From positions 1 to 55,688 of the forward strand of contig DATKNA010000146.1 in the NCBI GenBank assembly GCA_035541595.1: 55,688 nucleotides of DNA. The letters run 5' to 3'. The notes under the pieces were generated by a model. That model saw nothing but the letters and a program-made list of their open reading frames with translations. It was not told the origin of the DNA and made no database searches. Positions 19,502 to 27,666 of the stretch are shown here, piece after piece. How positions within the stretch are numbered: the first letter of the stretch is position 1; every line of letters begins with the position of its first letter. The position numbers and the translations under genes were made by a program. The DNA comes from Kineosporiaceae bacterium. GTDB lineage: Bacteria; Actinomycetota; Actinomycetes; Actinomycetales; Kineosporiaceae.

Positions 19502-20035
19502 TCACTCCGGCAGCACGCGGCCGGAGTGGATCGCGGGCCCGGCTGTCTTCCAGACCTCGAAGGCCGCCAGCGACCCGCGGGTCTGCTCGTCGACCTCGCC
19601 CACGTCCGACGGGCGCAGCCATGCCGCCCCCACGGCCTCCCCGGCCGGTCGCGCCGCGACCTCCGTCTCCACCGGGACATGGAAGAGGATGTCGATCCGG
19701 CGGCTGCGCGGCTCGACCAGGGTCGCGAACGGGAACCCCACCTCGACGTGCAGCCCGGTCTCCTCACGGACCTCGCGGGCCACCGCAGTCGCGGCGTCCT
19801 CTCCCCGGTTGATGAGGCCGCCGGGGAGCGTCCACCCCCTTCGGTGGTGCTGGCGCAGCAGCAGGATGTCGCCGCGCCGCTCGATGAAGCACAATGCGCC
19901 GGCGGTGTGGGCCGGGGCGATCACGCGGATGGCGAGGATCCGCACCGGTCTCGGCAGCCCCCGGAACGTGCGCAGGGCGAGGCGTCGGGTGGCACCCACG
20001 GTGGCTTCCCTCCCCGGGCGCGGCGGCGACGTCAT
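19502..20035 (-). CDS. Nudix hydrolase
   Basis: Canonical Nudix box GGLINRGEDAATAVAREVREETGL (Gx5Ex7REVxEExGL). 177 aa from ATG 20035. Confidence 0.85.
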   Translation of the reverse strand: MTSPPRPGREATVGATRRLALRTFRGLPRPVRILAIRVIAPAHTAGALCFIERRGDILLLRQHHRRGWTLPGGLINRGEDAATAVAREVREETGLHVEVGFPFATLVEPRSRRIDILFHVPVETEVAARPAGEAVGAAWLRPSDVGEVDEQTRGSLAAFEVWKTAGPAIHSGRVLPE

Positions 20036-20047
20036 AGCGGGCAGGGT

Positions 20048-20977
20048 ATGCGGACGGACCGGTACGGTCCCACCGTGCGTGCCGAGCAGCGGGTCGCCGC
20101 CCACGGCGTCCTGGTGGCGCCGGACGGCTCGATCGCCCTGGTGCGGGCGCGCGACGGCGGCGCCGGGCAGCCCCGCTGGCGGCTGCCCGGCGGCACCGTC
20201 CGCCACGGCGAGCACCCGCGGGAGACGGTCCGCCGCGTCGCCTCCGAGGAGCTCGGCTTCGGGGTCGAGCCGACCAGGGTCAGGGACGCCACCGCGGACG
20301 TGGTCGACCTGCTCGAGCGGGCCGTGAGCCTGCACACCGTCCGGCTCGTCTACCACCTGCAGGCCGGGGTCGACTGGTGGGCGGACGTGCCGGGCCTCGA
20401 CGCCGACCCGCCGGCCGTCGCGGCGGCCGCGACCGGCCGGTTGACCCTGGTGGACCTTGCGCCCTTCACCGCCCGCGCGCTGGGCCTGGTCGGCCCCGAC
20501 GCGCCGGCGCCGATCCGGCGCGTCGAGGGCCGGTCCGTGGAGGAGCCGGAGGACAGCGGCCCGCCCAGGGTCCAGCGGGTGGGCGCCTACGCGGTCGTCC
20601 CCGACGCCGGTCGCCTGCTGCTCACCCGGTACACCGGCTCCGGGCGCTGGTCCCTGCCCGGGGGCGGGATCGACCACGGCGAACTGCCGCACGAGGCCCT
20701 GGACCGCGAGGTCCACGAGGAGACGGGGCTGACGCTTGCCGACGTCCGGCTCGCCGACGTGGACAGCGTCCACTTCACCGGGCACGCTCCCGACGGCACG
20801 CTGGAGGACTTCCACGCCGTGCGGATCATCTACCACGCCAGCGTCCCGCCGGACGCCGAACCGGCGGTGGTCGAGGTCGACGGCTCGAGCGACGCCGCGG
20901 CCTGGATCCCGCTGGACCAGCTCGACCGTCACCTCGTGACCGGTTTCGTCGGCGTCGCCCTCCGGTTGCTCGGGTGA
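20048..20977 (+). CDS. Tandem (double) Nudix-domain protein
   Basis: Box 1 GGTVRHGEHPRETVRRVASEELGF has RV in place of RE. Box 2 GGGIDHGELPHEALDREVHEETGL is canonical. ATG 20048 lies 12 nt from the divergent Nudix start. Confidence 0.8.
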   Translation: MRTDRYGPTVRAEQRVAAHGVLVAPDGSIALVRARDGGAGQPRWRLPGGTVRHGEHPRETVRRVASEELGFGVEPTRVRDATADVVDLLERAVSLHTVRLVYHLQAGVDWWADVPGLDADPPAVAAAATGRLTLVDLAPFTARALGLVGPDAPAPIRRVEGRSVEEPEDSGPPRVQRVGAYAVVPDAGRLLLTRYTGSGRWSLPGGGIDHGELPHEALDREVHEETGLTLADVRLADVDSVHFTGHAPDGTLEDFHAVRIIYHASVPPDAEPAVVEVDGSSDAAAWIPLDQLDRHLVTGFVGVALRLLG

Positions 20978-23208
20978 CCGCTGTCCCCACGAGGTTCGCG
21001 GGCCGGCCGGCCCCGGACGCCGCCGACGCCGCCGCGCTGGTGCTGGCGGCTGCGGCCGGCCTGACCGACGGCGACGGCGCGGTTGCCGACGATCCCGGCG
21101 GCTGGCGGGACGCAGCAGTCCGGGCGGCGCTCGTCGAGGCCGGGGAACGCGGGGACGACGATGCGCTGCGGGCGCTGGCCGACGGCTACGGCGGCCTCCT
21201 GCTCGTCGTGCCCGAGCGCGTCGCCGGCCGCGTCCGGCTCGTGCCGTGCGGGGCGGGGGAGCGCCGCCGGCGGGGCGCCTTCGCGACTCCGCCGCGGCTG
21301 GCGGCGACCCTGGCCCGGCACGCGCTGCCGCCGACCGCGGCGCAACCAGGGCCGGTCCCGCGGGTGGTCGACCCGGCGTGCGGACCGGGCGCGCTGCTGA
21401 GGGCGGCCTTCTCGCGGCTCGTCGGGCTCGGCGTCACCGCGCGCGCGGCGTTCGGCGCGCTCCACGGCGTGGACGCCGACCCGGTGGCCGTCGAGCTCTG
21501 CCGTGCGGCGCTCGCGGCGGACGCGCGCGCCGCCGGCCTGGGCGTCTCGGCCGGCGACCTGGCCGGCCTCACCGGCCGGATCGTCGTGGGTGACGCGCTG
21601 CTCGGCCCCTCGGCCGGTCTCGACTGGCCGGCCGCCTTCCCGCAGGTCCTGGCGGTGCCGGGCGCGGAGCCCGAGCCGGTCACCGGCTGGCGCGGCGGTT
21701 TCGACGCGGTGGTCCTCAACCCGCCGTGGGAGCGGCTCAAGGTCGCCGTGCGGGACTGGGCGGGAAGCCCGCCGCGGCTGCTCCGCGAGGAACGTGCACG
21801 GGCGGCGAGGGCGGTCCGTCAGGACGGGCGCCACCCGCTCGTCGGGGCGGGGGAGGTCAACGCCTACCTGCCGTTCCTGGAGACGAGCTGGCGGCTGCTC
21901 GCGCCCTCCGGCCGCGCGGCGGCCGTGGTGCCGGCCGGCGTGGTCTCCGACCGGTCGTCGGCCCGGCTCCTGGGCGGCTTGCTGGAGGCCGACGCGCTCG
22001 AGAGCGTGCACGTCCTCGCACCGGAGGCGGCCGTGTTCGACGGCGTCAGCTCACGCGTGGGGTCGGCCGTCGTGGTGTTCCGATGCGGCCCTCACGCCGG
22101 GCACGCCGGCGGCACCGGGCACGCTGGCGGCGCCGGGCACGCCGGCGGCGCCGGGCGCGCCGTCCGCCGACTGCGGGCGCCTCGCGGCGCCAGCGCCGCC
22201 ATCGGGCTGTCCGACCCCGACGCGGATCCGGGACCGCGTGCCTGGCGGGTGGATGCGGCGACGGTGGCGCTGGTCAACCCGAACACCCGCACCGTGCCCG
22301 CGTTCGGTTCGGCGGCCGAGGCGCGGCTGGTGGCCGGTGTGCACCGGCGGGTACCGGTGCTCGTGCGGCGGGGCCCGGACGGCGCCGTCGTCGACGACCC
22401 CTGGCGGCTGCGCCTCGTCACCCCGTTGCACATGACCCGGGACGCGCGATGGTTCGCGTCGTCCCCCGGTGTCGGCCTGTTGCCGCTGTGGGAGGCCAAG
22501 CACGCCGGCCTGCTGGACCACCGGGGCGGCGGCCGGCCGCGCCCGCGCTACTGGGTACCGGAGGAGCTCGTGCGCTCCCGGTTCGCCGGCCTGGTGGAGC
22601 GGGGGTGGCTGGCGGGCTACCGGAACGTCACGACCGCCTCGTCGGCGCGCACCCTCCTGCCGTGCGCCCTGCCGGTCGTCGGCGTCGGCAACTCCCTGCC
22701 GCTGATCTGCGCGCCCCGGCTGCCGCTGCTGCTGGCCGCGCTCGCCAGCCTCCCGGTGGACCACCTCGCGCGATGCCGGCACGCCGGCCCGAACCTCAAC
22801 TTCTTCAAGCTCGAGCAGGTGCCGGTCCCGCCACCCGCGGCGTACGACGCGCCCGCACCGTGGGACCCATCGACGACGGTGGAGCGGTGGGTGCTGGAGC
22901 GGTTCGCGCGTGCCGTGGCCTGGGCGCCGGAACTGTCGGGGCTGGCGGCGGAGCTGGGCCTGCTCGGCGTGACCGTGCCGGTGCCGCTCGCCCCGGCGGC
23001 GCCCGGGGTCCGGGCGCTGGCCTTCGCCGACCTGGACGCCGCGCACGCCGTCCTGCTCGGGCTCGACCGCGCCGAGCTCGAGCGCGTTCTCTCGACGTTC
23101 GAGGAGTTGCGGGCCCGCGAGCTGTCGGCGTCGGGGCGCTTCGTGACGGCCGAGCGGGTGCTCGGGGCCTACGACCGGCTCCGGGCCGGAGCCGCGGACG
23201 GCCAATGA
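20974..23208 (+). CDS. Gamma-class N6-adenine DNA methyltransferase (Eco57I/type IIG-like MTase+TRD), no nuclease partner seen
   Basis: Motif X GAFATPPRLA, motif I VVDPACGPGALL, motif IV NPPW (21718-21729), and C-terminal LWEAKHAGLLDHR / NLNFFKLEQVPVP typical of this family. GTGA overlap with the tandem Nudix gene. Confidence 0.85.
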   Translation: MTAVPTRFAGRPAPDAADAAALVLAAAAGLTDGDGAVADDPGGWRDAAVRAALVEAGERGDDDALRALADGYGGLLLVVPERVAGRVRLVPCGAGERRRRGAFATPPRLAATLARHALPPTAAQPGPVPRVVDPACGPGALLRAAFSRLVGLGVTARAAFGALHGVDADPVAVELCRAALAADARAAGLGVSAGDLAGLTGRIVVGDALLGPSAGLDWPAAFPQVLAVPGAEPEPVTGWRGGFDAVVLNPPWERLKVAVRDWAGSPPRLLREERARAARAVRQDGRHPLVGAGEVNAYLPFLETSWRLLAPSGRAAAVVPAGVVSDRSSARLLGGLLEADALESVHVLAPEAAVFDGVSSRVGSAVVVFRCGPHAGHAGGTGHAGGAGHAGGAGRAVRRLRAPRGASAAIGLSDPDADPGPRAWRVDAATVALVNPNTRTVPAFGSAAEARLVAGVHRRVPVLVRRGPDGAVVDDPWRLRLVTPLHMTRDARWFASSPGVGLLPLWEAKHAGLLDHRGGGRPRPRYWVPEELVRSRFAGLVERGWLAGYRNVTTASSARTLLPCALPVVGVGNSLPLICAPRLPLLLAALASLPVDHLARCRHAGPNLNFFKLEQVPVPPPAAYDAPAPWDPSTTVERWVLERFARAVAWAPELSGLAAELGLLGVTVPVPLAPAAPGVRALAFADLDAAHAVLLGLDRAELERVLSTFEELRARELSASGRFVTAERVLGAYDRLRAGAADGQ
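22099..22152 (+). repeat. In-frame 18-bp tandem repeat x3 inside the methyltransferase gene, encoding (GHAGG[T/A])3
   Basis: gggcacgccggcggcacc / gggcacgctggcggcgcc / gggcacgccggcggcgcc, with degenerate flanks. The codon phase matches the MTase frame. Confidence 0.85.
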
Positions 23209-23338
23209 TCCGCTCCGCCCCGCCGGTCGAGTGATCGGCTCCGCCCCGCCGGCCGGGTGATCGACTCGGCTCCCGCCGGCCGGGTGATCGGCTCCGCCCC
23301 CGCCGGCCGGGTGATCGACTCGGCTCCCGCCGGCCGCC
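23206..23338. repeat. Five tandem 26-27-bp units, each starting TGATC, beginning exactly at the MTase stop codon
   Basis: TGA-initiated units at 23206, 23232, 23258, 23285 and 23312. Units 3 and 5 are identical; units 2 and 4 are near-identical. Confidence 0.85.
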
Positions 23339-23369
23339 GCGACACGCCGTGATGCGTACGGCGTGTCGC
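23339..23369. terminator. Perfect 12-bp-stem hairpin between convergent genes (bidirectional terminator candidate)
   Basis: GCGACACGCCGT-gatgcgt-ACGGCGTGTCGC. Confidence 0.5.
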
Positions 23370-23404
23370 CGGGATCGGGCGCTGCTTCGCCGATCATGAA
23401 CGCG

Positions 23405-23839
23405 TCAGGGGGTGCTGCGCCGGTCCCCCCGGGCCTCCCGGACGGCGGCCACCACGCCGCCGCCGAGCAGCAGCGCGCCGGCGGCGATGAGGATCGTCAG
23501 CAGGACGGCGGCGTCGTCGACATGGACGTCGGTCAGGAGCCGGAGGAGCGACGTGCCGCTGAGGGTCAGCAGCACGAGCCCGAACACGACGGTGCGCCAA
23601 CGGACACCGCGCGGGGCGGGCGCCTCGTCGTCCGCGGCGGCAGCGGACCCGGATAGCGCCACGGTGGTGGCGGGCCGCCCGGTGGACATGGGCACCGTGT
23701 CGCTGGACCCGAGCACCGTGCGGGCCTGCTCGTCCGGCGCAGCGGCCCGCCCGGCGGGGGAGGGCGAGCCGTCCGCGTCGGGTGACAGCGAGGATCCGGG
23801 CCCGGACGCGGGGGTCGACGGGGCATCGTCGGTGGTCAT
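23405..23839 (-). CDS. Hypothetical small membrane protein (Pro/Ser/Ala-rich N-terminus, two C-terminal TM helices)
   Basis: 144 aa. TVVFGLVLLTLSGTSLL and AVLLTILIAAGALLLGGGVV. Lies 23 nt downstream of the PspC/LiaF-like gene on the same strand. Confidence 0.5.
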   Translation of the reverse strand: MTTDDAPSTPASGPGSSLSPDADGSPSPAGRAAAPDEQARTVLGSSDTVPMSTGRPATTVALSGSAAAADDEAPAPRGVRWRTVVFGLVLLTLSGTSLLRLLTDVHVDDAAVLLTILIAAGALLLGGGVVAAVREARGDRRSTP

Positions 23840-23862
23840 GGTGACGGTCTCCTAGATGTCGG

Positions 23863-25404
23863 CTAGCTGTCGGCCTTGTCGATGGTCAGGTTGCCGAGGC
23901 CGACCTCCGCCCGGACGACGATCACCGGGTTCGGCGCGGTCTGGAGGTCGACGTCGGCGGACGGGCCGTGATGGGCCGCCGTCGCCGGCACGGGCTGGGC
24001 GCCGGGGCTCGGCGCGAGCTGTGCGGCGTTCTCGATGTTGCCGGCCGCGGTGGTGCCCAGGATCCGCACGGCCGTCCCGGTCGGGACGGTGACCGTGAGA
24101 TTTCCGACGCCGACCCGCGCATCCACCTCTGCGGGCGACCCGGTCGAGGCGTTCGGTGCGCTGACCTGACGCAGATCGAGGCGGGCGTTGCCCACGCCGA
24201 GGGTGTACGAGGTCGTGCCGGACGCCAGGGGCCCCGGCGTCCAGGTCCGCTCGCCCGCCCACATGACCCGTCCGGTGACCGAGCTCCCGACGAGCGCGAC
24301 GACGGCGAGGCCGATGCCGATCGGGGCCAGGCCGCCGGCGCGGCGGCCGGTCAGGCCGGCGGCGACGACACCGAGCGCCACGATGCCCAGGGCGACGGCC
24401 GCGGCGACGAAGCCGACCGGTGCTCCGACACCCCACGCGAGGTTCCAGAGCAGGACGATCGCCGCACCCAGCAGCGCGACGCCGAGGAAGGCGTTCGTCA
24501 GCGCGTGCGACGGACGGTGCGGGTCGGGGCGGGTGGCCCGCCGTGCCGGCGCGGGGGGTGCCGTGACGGTGGTCGCGCCGCCGGGCGCCAGCCGGTTCGT
24601 CGCCGACGTCGGCCAGCTCGTGCCGGACGACGCAGGCCAGGCCGGCTCCGGAGCCGTCGACGAGAACGGCACCGGCGGTGCGGGCGGGGTCCCGTAGGGC
24701 GGGATCTCGCCGGCGGCCTCGCCCGGCCGGTCGGCCGACCCACCGGCACCCGTGCCGGCGGGCCCGGCGACGCCGGTGGAGCCGCTGGAGTCCGGCTCGA
24801 CGTTGCCGGCTGTCGCCGGCGGGGTCGTGCCGGTCGACGCGGTAGAGCCCGGCGCCGAGCCGCCGATGCCGTTCGAGCCGCCCGCGTGCCTGCCGGGCTC
24901 GGCCGGCGCACCGGAGCTGCCCCAGCCGTGCCGCGCGCCGCGGTGCCGGCCCGTCGAGAACCACCAGACCCCGAGGGCGACGAGACCCACCAGCAGGAAT
25001 CCGCCGCCGAACGGGTGCGGGCCGGGGTACCAGCCGTCCCGCGCCCACCCGCTGCCCCCGAGGTCGAGCAGTACGCAGAGCAGGCCCCCGACGAAGCCTG
25101 CCGTGACCGTGCCGCGCAGGACCTCCTGGGCATGGATCCGGCCGTCGGGCTGGGGCAGGAAGAGCCAGCCGAGGCCGTACAGCAAGAGGCCGACCCCGCC
25201 GAAGACCGCAAGGATGACGAACCCGCCGCGGACGAGCAGGGGATCGACGCCCCACCGACGGGCGAGTGCGGCGGCGACGCCTGCCAACCAGCGGCCGTCG
25301 TTCGGACGGACCGCGCCGTAGCCCCGGATGCGGTCGAAGAAGGAGGCCACGCCCGGCCCGCCCGGTGGCGGGGTCTCCGGTGCGGGCGGAGGTTGGGCTG
25401 TCAT
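23863..25404 (-). CDS. PspC-domain membrane protein with a LiaF-like C-terminal domain
   Basis: PspC domain RPNDGRWLAGVAAALARRWGVDPLLVRGGFVILAVFGGVGLLLYGLGWLFLP, a low-complexity linker, TM cluster, and a beta-rich tail (GVGNLTV...GLGNLTI). Confidence 0.8.
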   Translation of the reverse strand: MTAQPPPAPETPPPGGPGVASFFDRIRGYGAVRPNDGRWLAGVAAALARRWGVDPLLVRGGFVILAVFGGVGLLLYGLGWLFLPQPDGRIHAQEVLRGTVTAGFVGGLLCVLLDLGGSGWARDGWYPGPHPFGGGFLLVGLVALGVWWFSTGRHRGARHGWGSSGAPAEPGRHAGGSNGIGGSAPGSTASTGTTPPATAGNVEPDSSGSTGVAGPAGTGAGGSADRPGEAAGEIPPYGTPPAPPVPFSSTAPEPAWPASSGTSWPTSATNRLAPGGATTVTAPPAPARRATRPDPHRPSHALTNAFLGVALLGAAIVLLWNLAWGVGAPVGFVAAAVALGIVALGVVAAGLTGRRAGGLAPIGIGLAVVALVGSSVTGRVMWAGERTWTPGPLASGTTSYTLGVGNARLDLRQVSAPNASTGSPAEVDARVGVGNLTVTVPTGTAVRILGTTAAGNIENAAQLAPSPGAQPVPATAAHHGPSADVDLQTAPNPVIVVRAEVGLGNLTIDKADS

Positions 25405-25449
25405 ACGTCCACGATGCCGCTCCCGGCGGGACCCGGGGTATCAGGAAGC

Positions 25450-25490
25450 ACCCTGATCGCACCCTGAGCGGCCCTGGCCGGCGACCCTGA
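25450..25490. promoter_or_regulatory. Four phased ACCCTGA-like heptamers in the divergent PspC/LiaF - PspC-kinase intergenic region (candidate response-regulator operator)
   Basis: ACCCTGA at 25450, 25461 and 25484, and GCCCTGG at 25471. Spacing is 10-13 bp. Confidence 0.35.
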
Positions 25491-25563
25491 ATCCCGCCCG
25501 GGTCTTCCCTGGTCCTGCCGGCGCACCGGCGTCACTGTCGGGGGGGCGAGTCATGATGGGGAG

Positions 25564-26955
25564 GTGGCGACGACGAGCGGGCAGCGGGCGCGGGGGCAGC
25601 CGGCCGCGCATGCTCGCGTGGGCTGGAGCCCCACGCCGGTCCGGCCGGTACCGGGCCCCGTCCGCCCGCCGCTCGTGCGGCCCAGCTCGGGCCGGGTGAT
25701 CGCGGGTGTGGCCGCCGGTGTCGCGGCCCACGTCGGGCTGCCGGTGCGGATCGTGCGCTTGCTGTTCGTCGTGGCGGCTCTGTTCGGTGGCGCCGGAGCC
25801 GTGCTCTACCTGTGGCTGTGGGCGCTGGCACCCTCGGGTGAGGCCCCGGCCGTCGCCGGCGGGCCTGCGGCGACCTCCGGGGGGCCGCGCACGGGCGTCC
25901 CGCCTCCGTCGACGGCGGCCGGAGCGTCGCGGCCCGTGGCGGGCGGGCCGACCGGCCCGCCGCAGGCCGGCCGGGTGGCCGACCTCGTCGTCGGTGGGCT
26001 CCTGCTGCTTGCCGGCGGAGCCCTCCTGGGCGACCGGTTCGGTTACGACGTGTCGCTGTCGTTCGTGCTGCCCGTCCTCGTCGTCCTCGGCGGCGCCCTG
26101 CTCGCCTACACCCAGCTCGACGAGGTGGAGCGCTCCCGCTGGAACGCCCTGGCCGGTGGGGGCGGCCCACGCGGCGCGGTCCTGCGGGTCGCCGCGGGTC
26201 TCCTGCTCGTGCTGATCGGGGTCGTGCTCGTCGTCGTCCAGGGGGACCTGGCGTCGGCCGGGCGTGTCCTCGTCGCCGCGGTGGCTGTCCTGGCCGGGGC
26301 GATCGTGGTCCTGGCGCCGTGGGGGGTGCGGCTGTGGCGCGACCTGGACGCCGAACGCGCCGCCCGGGCGCGCGAGGTCGAGCGGGCCGAGATCGCCGCG
26401 CACCTGCACGACTCGGTGCTGCAGACGCTCGCGCTGATCCAGCGCCGCAGCGACGACCCTGGGCAGGTCGCCCGGCTGGCCCGGGCCCAGGAGCGGGACC
26501 TGCGGTCATGGCTCTACGGCGGCGATCCGGCCGACGCCGGCACCGTGGCGGCGCAGGTGAAGGCCGCCGCGGCCGAGGTCGAGGACCGTCATGGCGCGTC
26601 GATCGACGTCGTCGTCGTCGGGGACGTCCCCGCGGACGAGCGGACGGCCGCCCTGACCGCAGCTCTGCGGGAGGCGATGGTCAACGCCGTCAAGCACGGT
26701 CAGCCGGGCCCTGGCTCGCCCGTCCAGGTCTACGTGGAGGCCGGTGCCGACGGCGTCGAGGCCTTCGTCCGCGATCGTGGGCCGGGCTTCGACCCCGACG
26801 CCGTCCCGGGTGATCGGGTCGGCGTCCGCGAATCGATCGTCGGGCGGACGGAGCGGCACGGCGGAACGGCGACGATCAAGAGCGTACCGGGCGAGGGGAC
26901 CGAGGTGCGGCTGCGGATGCCCCCGGCTGCGGAGACGACGGGAGCCACCGCATGA
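25564..26955 (+). CDS. PspC-domain sensor histidine kinase (HisKA_3/NarX-type)
   Basis: PspC domain RPSSGRVIAGVAAGVAAHVGLPVRIVRLLFVV, TMs, H-box IAAHLHDSVLQTLALI, and an HATPase_c tail. The start could instead be GTG 25618. Confidence 0.85.
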   Translation: MATTSGQRARGQPAAHARVGWSPTPVRPVPGPVRPPLVRPSSGRVIAGVAAGVAAHVGLPVRIVRLLFVVAALFGGAGAVLYLWLWALAPSGEAPAVAGGPAATSGGPRTGVPPPSTAAGASRPVAGGPTGPPQAGRVADLVVGGLLLLAGGALLGDRFGYDVSLSFVLPVLVVLGGALLAYTQLDEVERSRWNALAGGGGPRGAVLRVAAGLLLVLIGVVLVVVQGDLASAGRVLVAAVAVLAGAIVVLAPWGVRLWRDLDAERAARAREVERAEIAAHLHDSVLQTLALIQRRSDDPGQVARLARAQERDLRSWLYGGDPADAGTVAAQVKAAAAEVEDRHGASIDVVVVGDVPADERTAALTAALREAMVNAVKHGQPGPGSPVQVYVEAGADGVEAFVRDRGPGFDPDAVPGDRVGVRESIVGRTERHGGTATIKSVPGEGTEVRLRMPPAAETTGATA

Positions 26956-27629
26956 CGACGGAGCCGGTCCGCATCGTGCTCGTGGACGACCACGGCATGT
27001 TCCGCAGCGGAGTGCGCGCCGAGCTCGCCGACGACAGGTCGATCGAGGTCGTCGACGAGGCCGCGGACGTCCCCGGGGCGGTCGCGGCCGTACACGCCAC
27101 CCGGCCGGACGTCGTCCTGCTCGATGTGCACCTGCCCGGCGGCGCGCAGCGTCCCGGCGGCCGCGAGGTGCTCCACGCCTGCGCCGACCTGCTGTCCGGG
27201 CCCGAGCCCGTGCGATTCCTGGCGCTGTCCGTGTCCGACGCGGCGGAGGACGTCATCGCCGTCATCCGCGCGGGCGCCCGTGGCTACGTCACCAAGACGA
27301 TCTCCGGCACCGAACTCTCCGCCGCGATCCATCGGGTGGCCGAAGGGGACGCCGTCTTCTCGCCGCGGCTGGCCGGGTTCGTGCTCGACGCGTTCGGCGC
27401 CGGCGCCGGCGAGGTCGCCAGCGTCGACGACGAGCTCGATCGGCTCACCCAGCGGGAGCGGGAGGTGATGCGGCTCATCGCCCGTGGCTATTCCTACAAG
27501 GAGGTCGCCCGCGAGCTGTACTTGTCGGTCAAGACGATCGAGACGCATGTCTCGGCCGTGCTGCGCAAGCTGCAGTTGTCGAACCGCTACGAGCTGACGC
27601 GCTGGGCGGCGGACCGGCGCCTGCTCTGA
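26952..27629 (+). CDS. LuxR/NarL-family response regulator
   Basis: Receiver domain (IVLVDDHGMFR...VVLLDVHLP) plus HTH LTQREREVMRLIARGYSYKEVARELYLSVKTIETHVSAVLRKL. ATGA overlap with the kinase gene. Confidence 0.92.
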   Translation: MTTEPVRIVLVDDHGMFRSGVRAELADDRSIEVVDEAADVPGAVAAVHATRPDVVLLDVHLPGGAQRPGGREVLHACADLLSGPEPVRFLALSVSDAAEDVIAVIRAGARGYVTKTISGTELSAAIHRVAEGDAVFSPRLAGFVLDAFGAGAGEVASVDDELDRLTQREREVMRLIARGYSYKEVARELYLSVKTIETHVSAVLRKLQLSNRYELTRWAADRRLL

Positions 27630-27666
27630 CGCGGGCCCCGGCCTTTACACGGTGGCGAGCCCGGCC

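Noticed and set aside
23206-23338. Possible CRISPR array.
   Set aside because: The units are contiguous tandem repeats with no unique spacers, and only about 133 bp long. There are no cas genes in the window.
20974-23404. A restriction endonuclease partner, or a fused nuclease domain, for the NPPW methyltransferase.
   Set aside because: The ~100-aa N-terminus shows no PD-(D/E)xK or HNH motif. The downstream neighbour is a convergent small membrane protein, and the upstream neighbours are Nudix genes.
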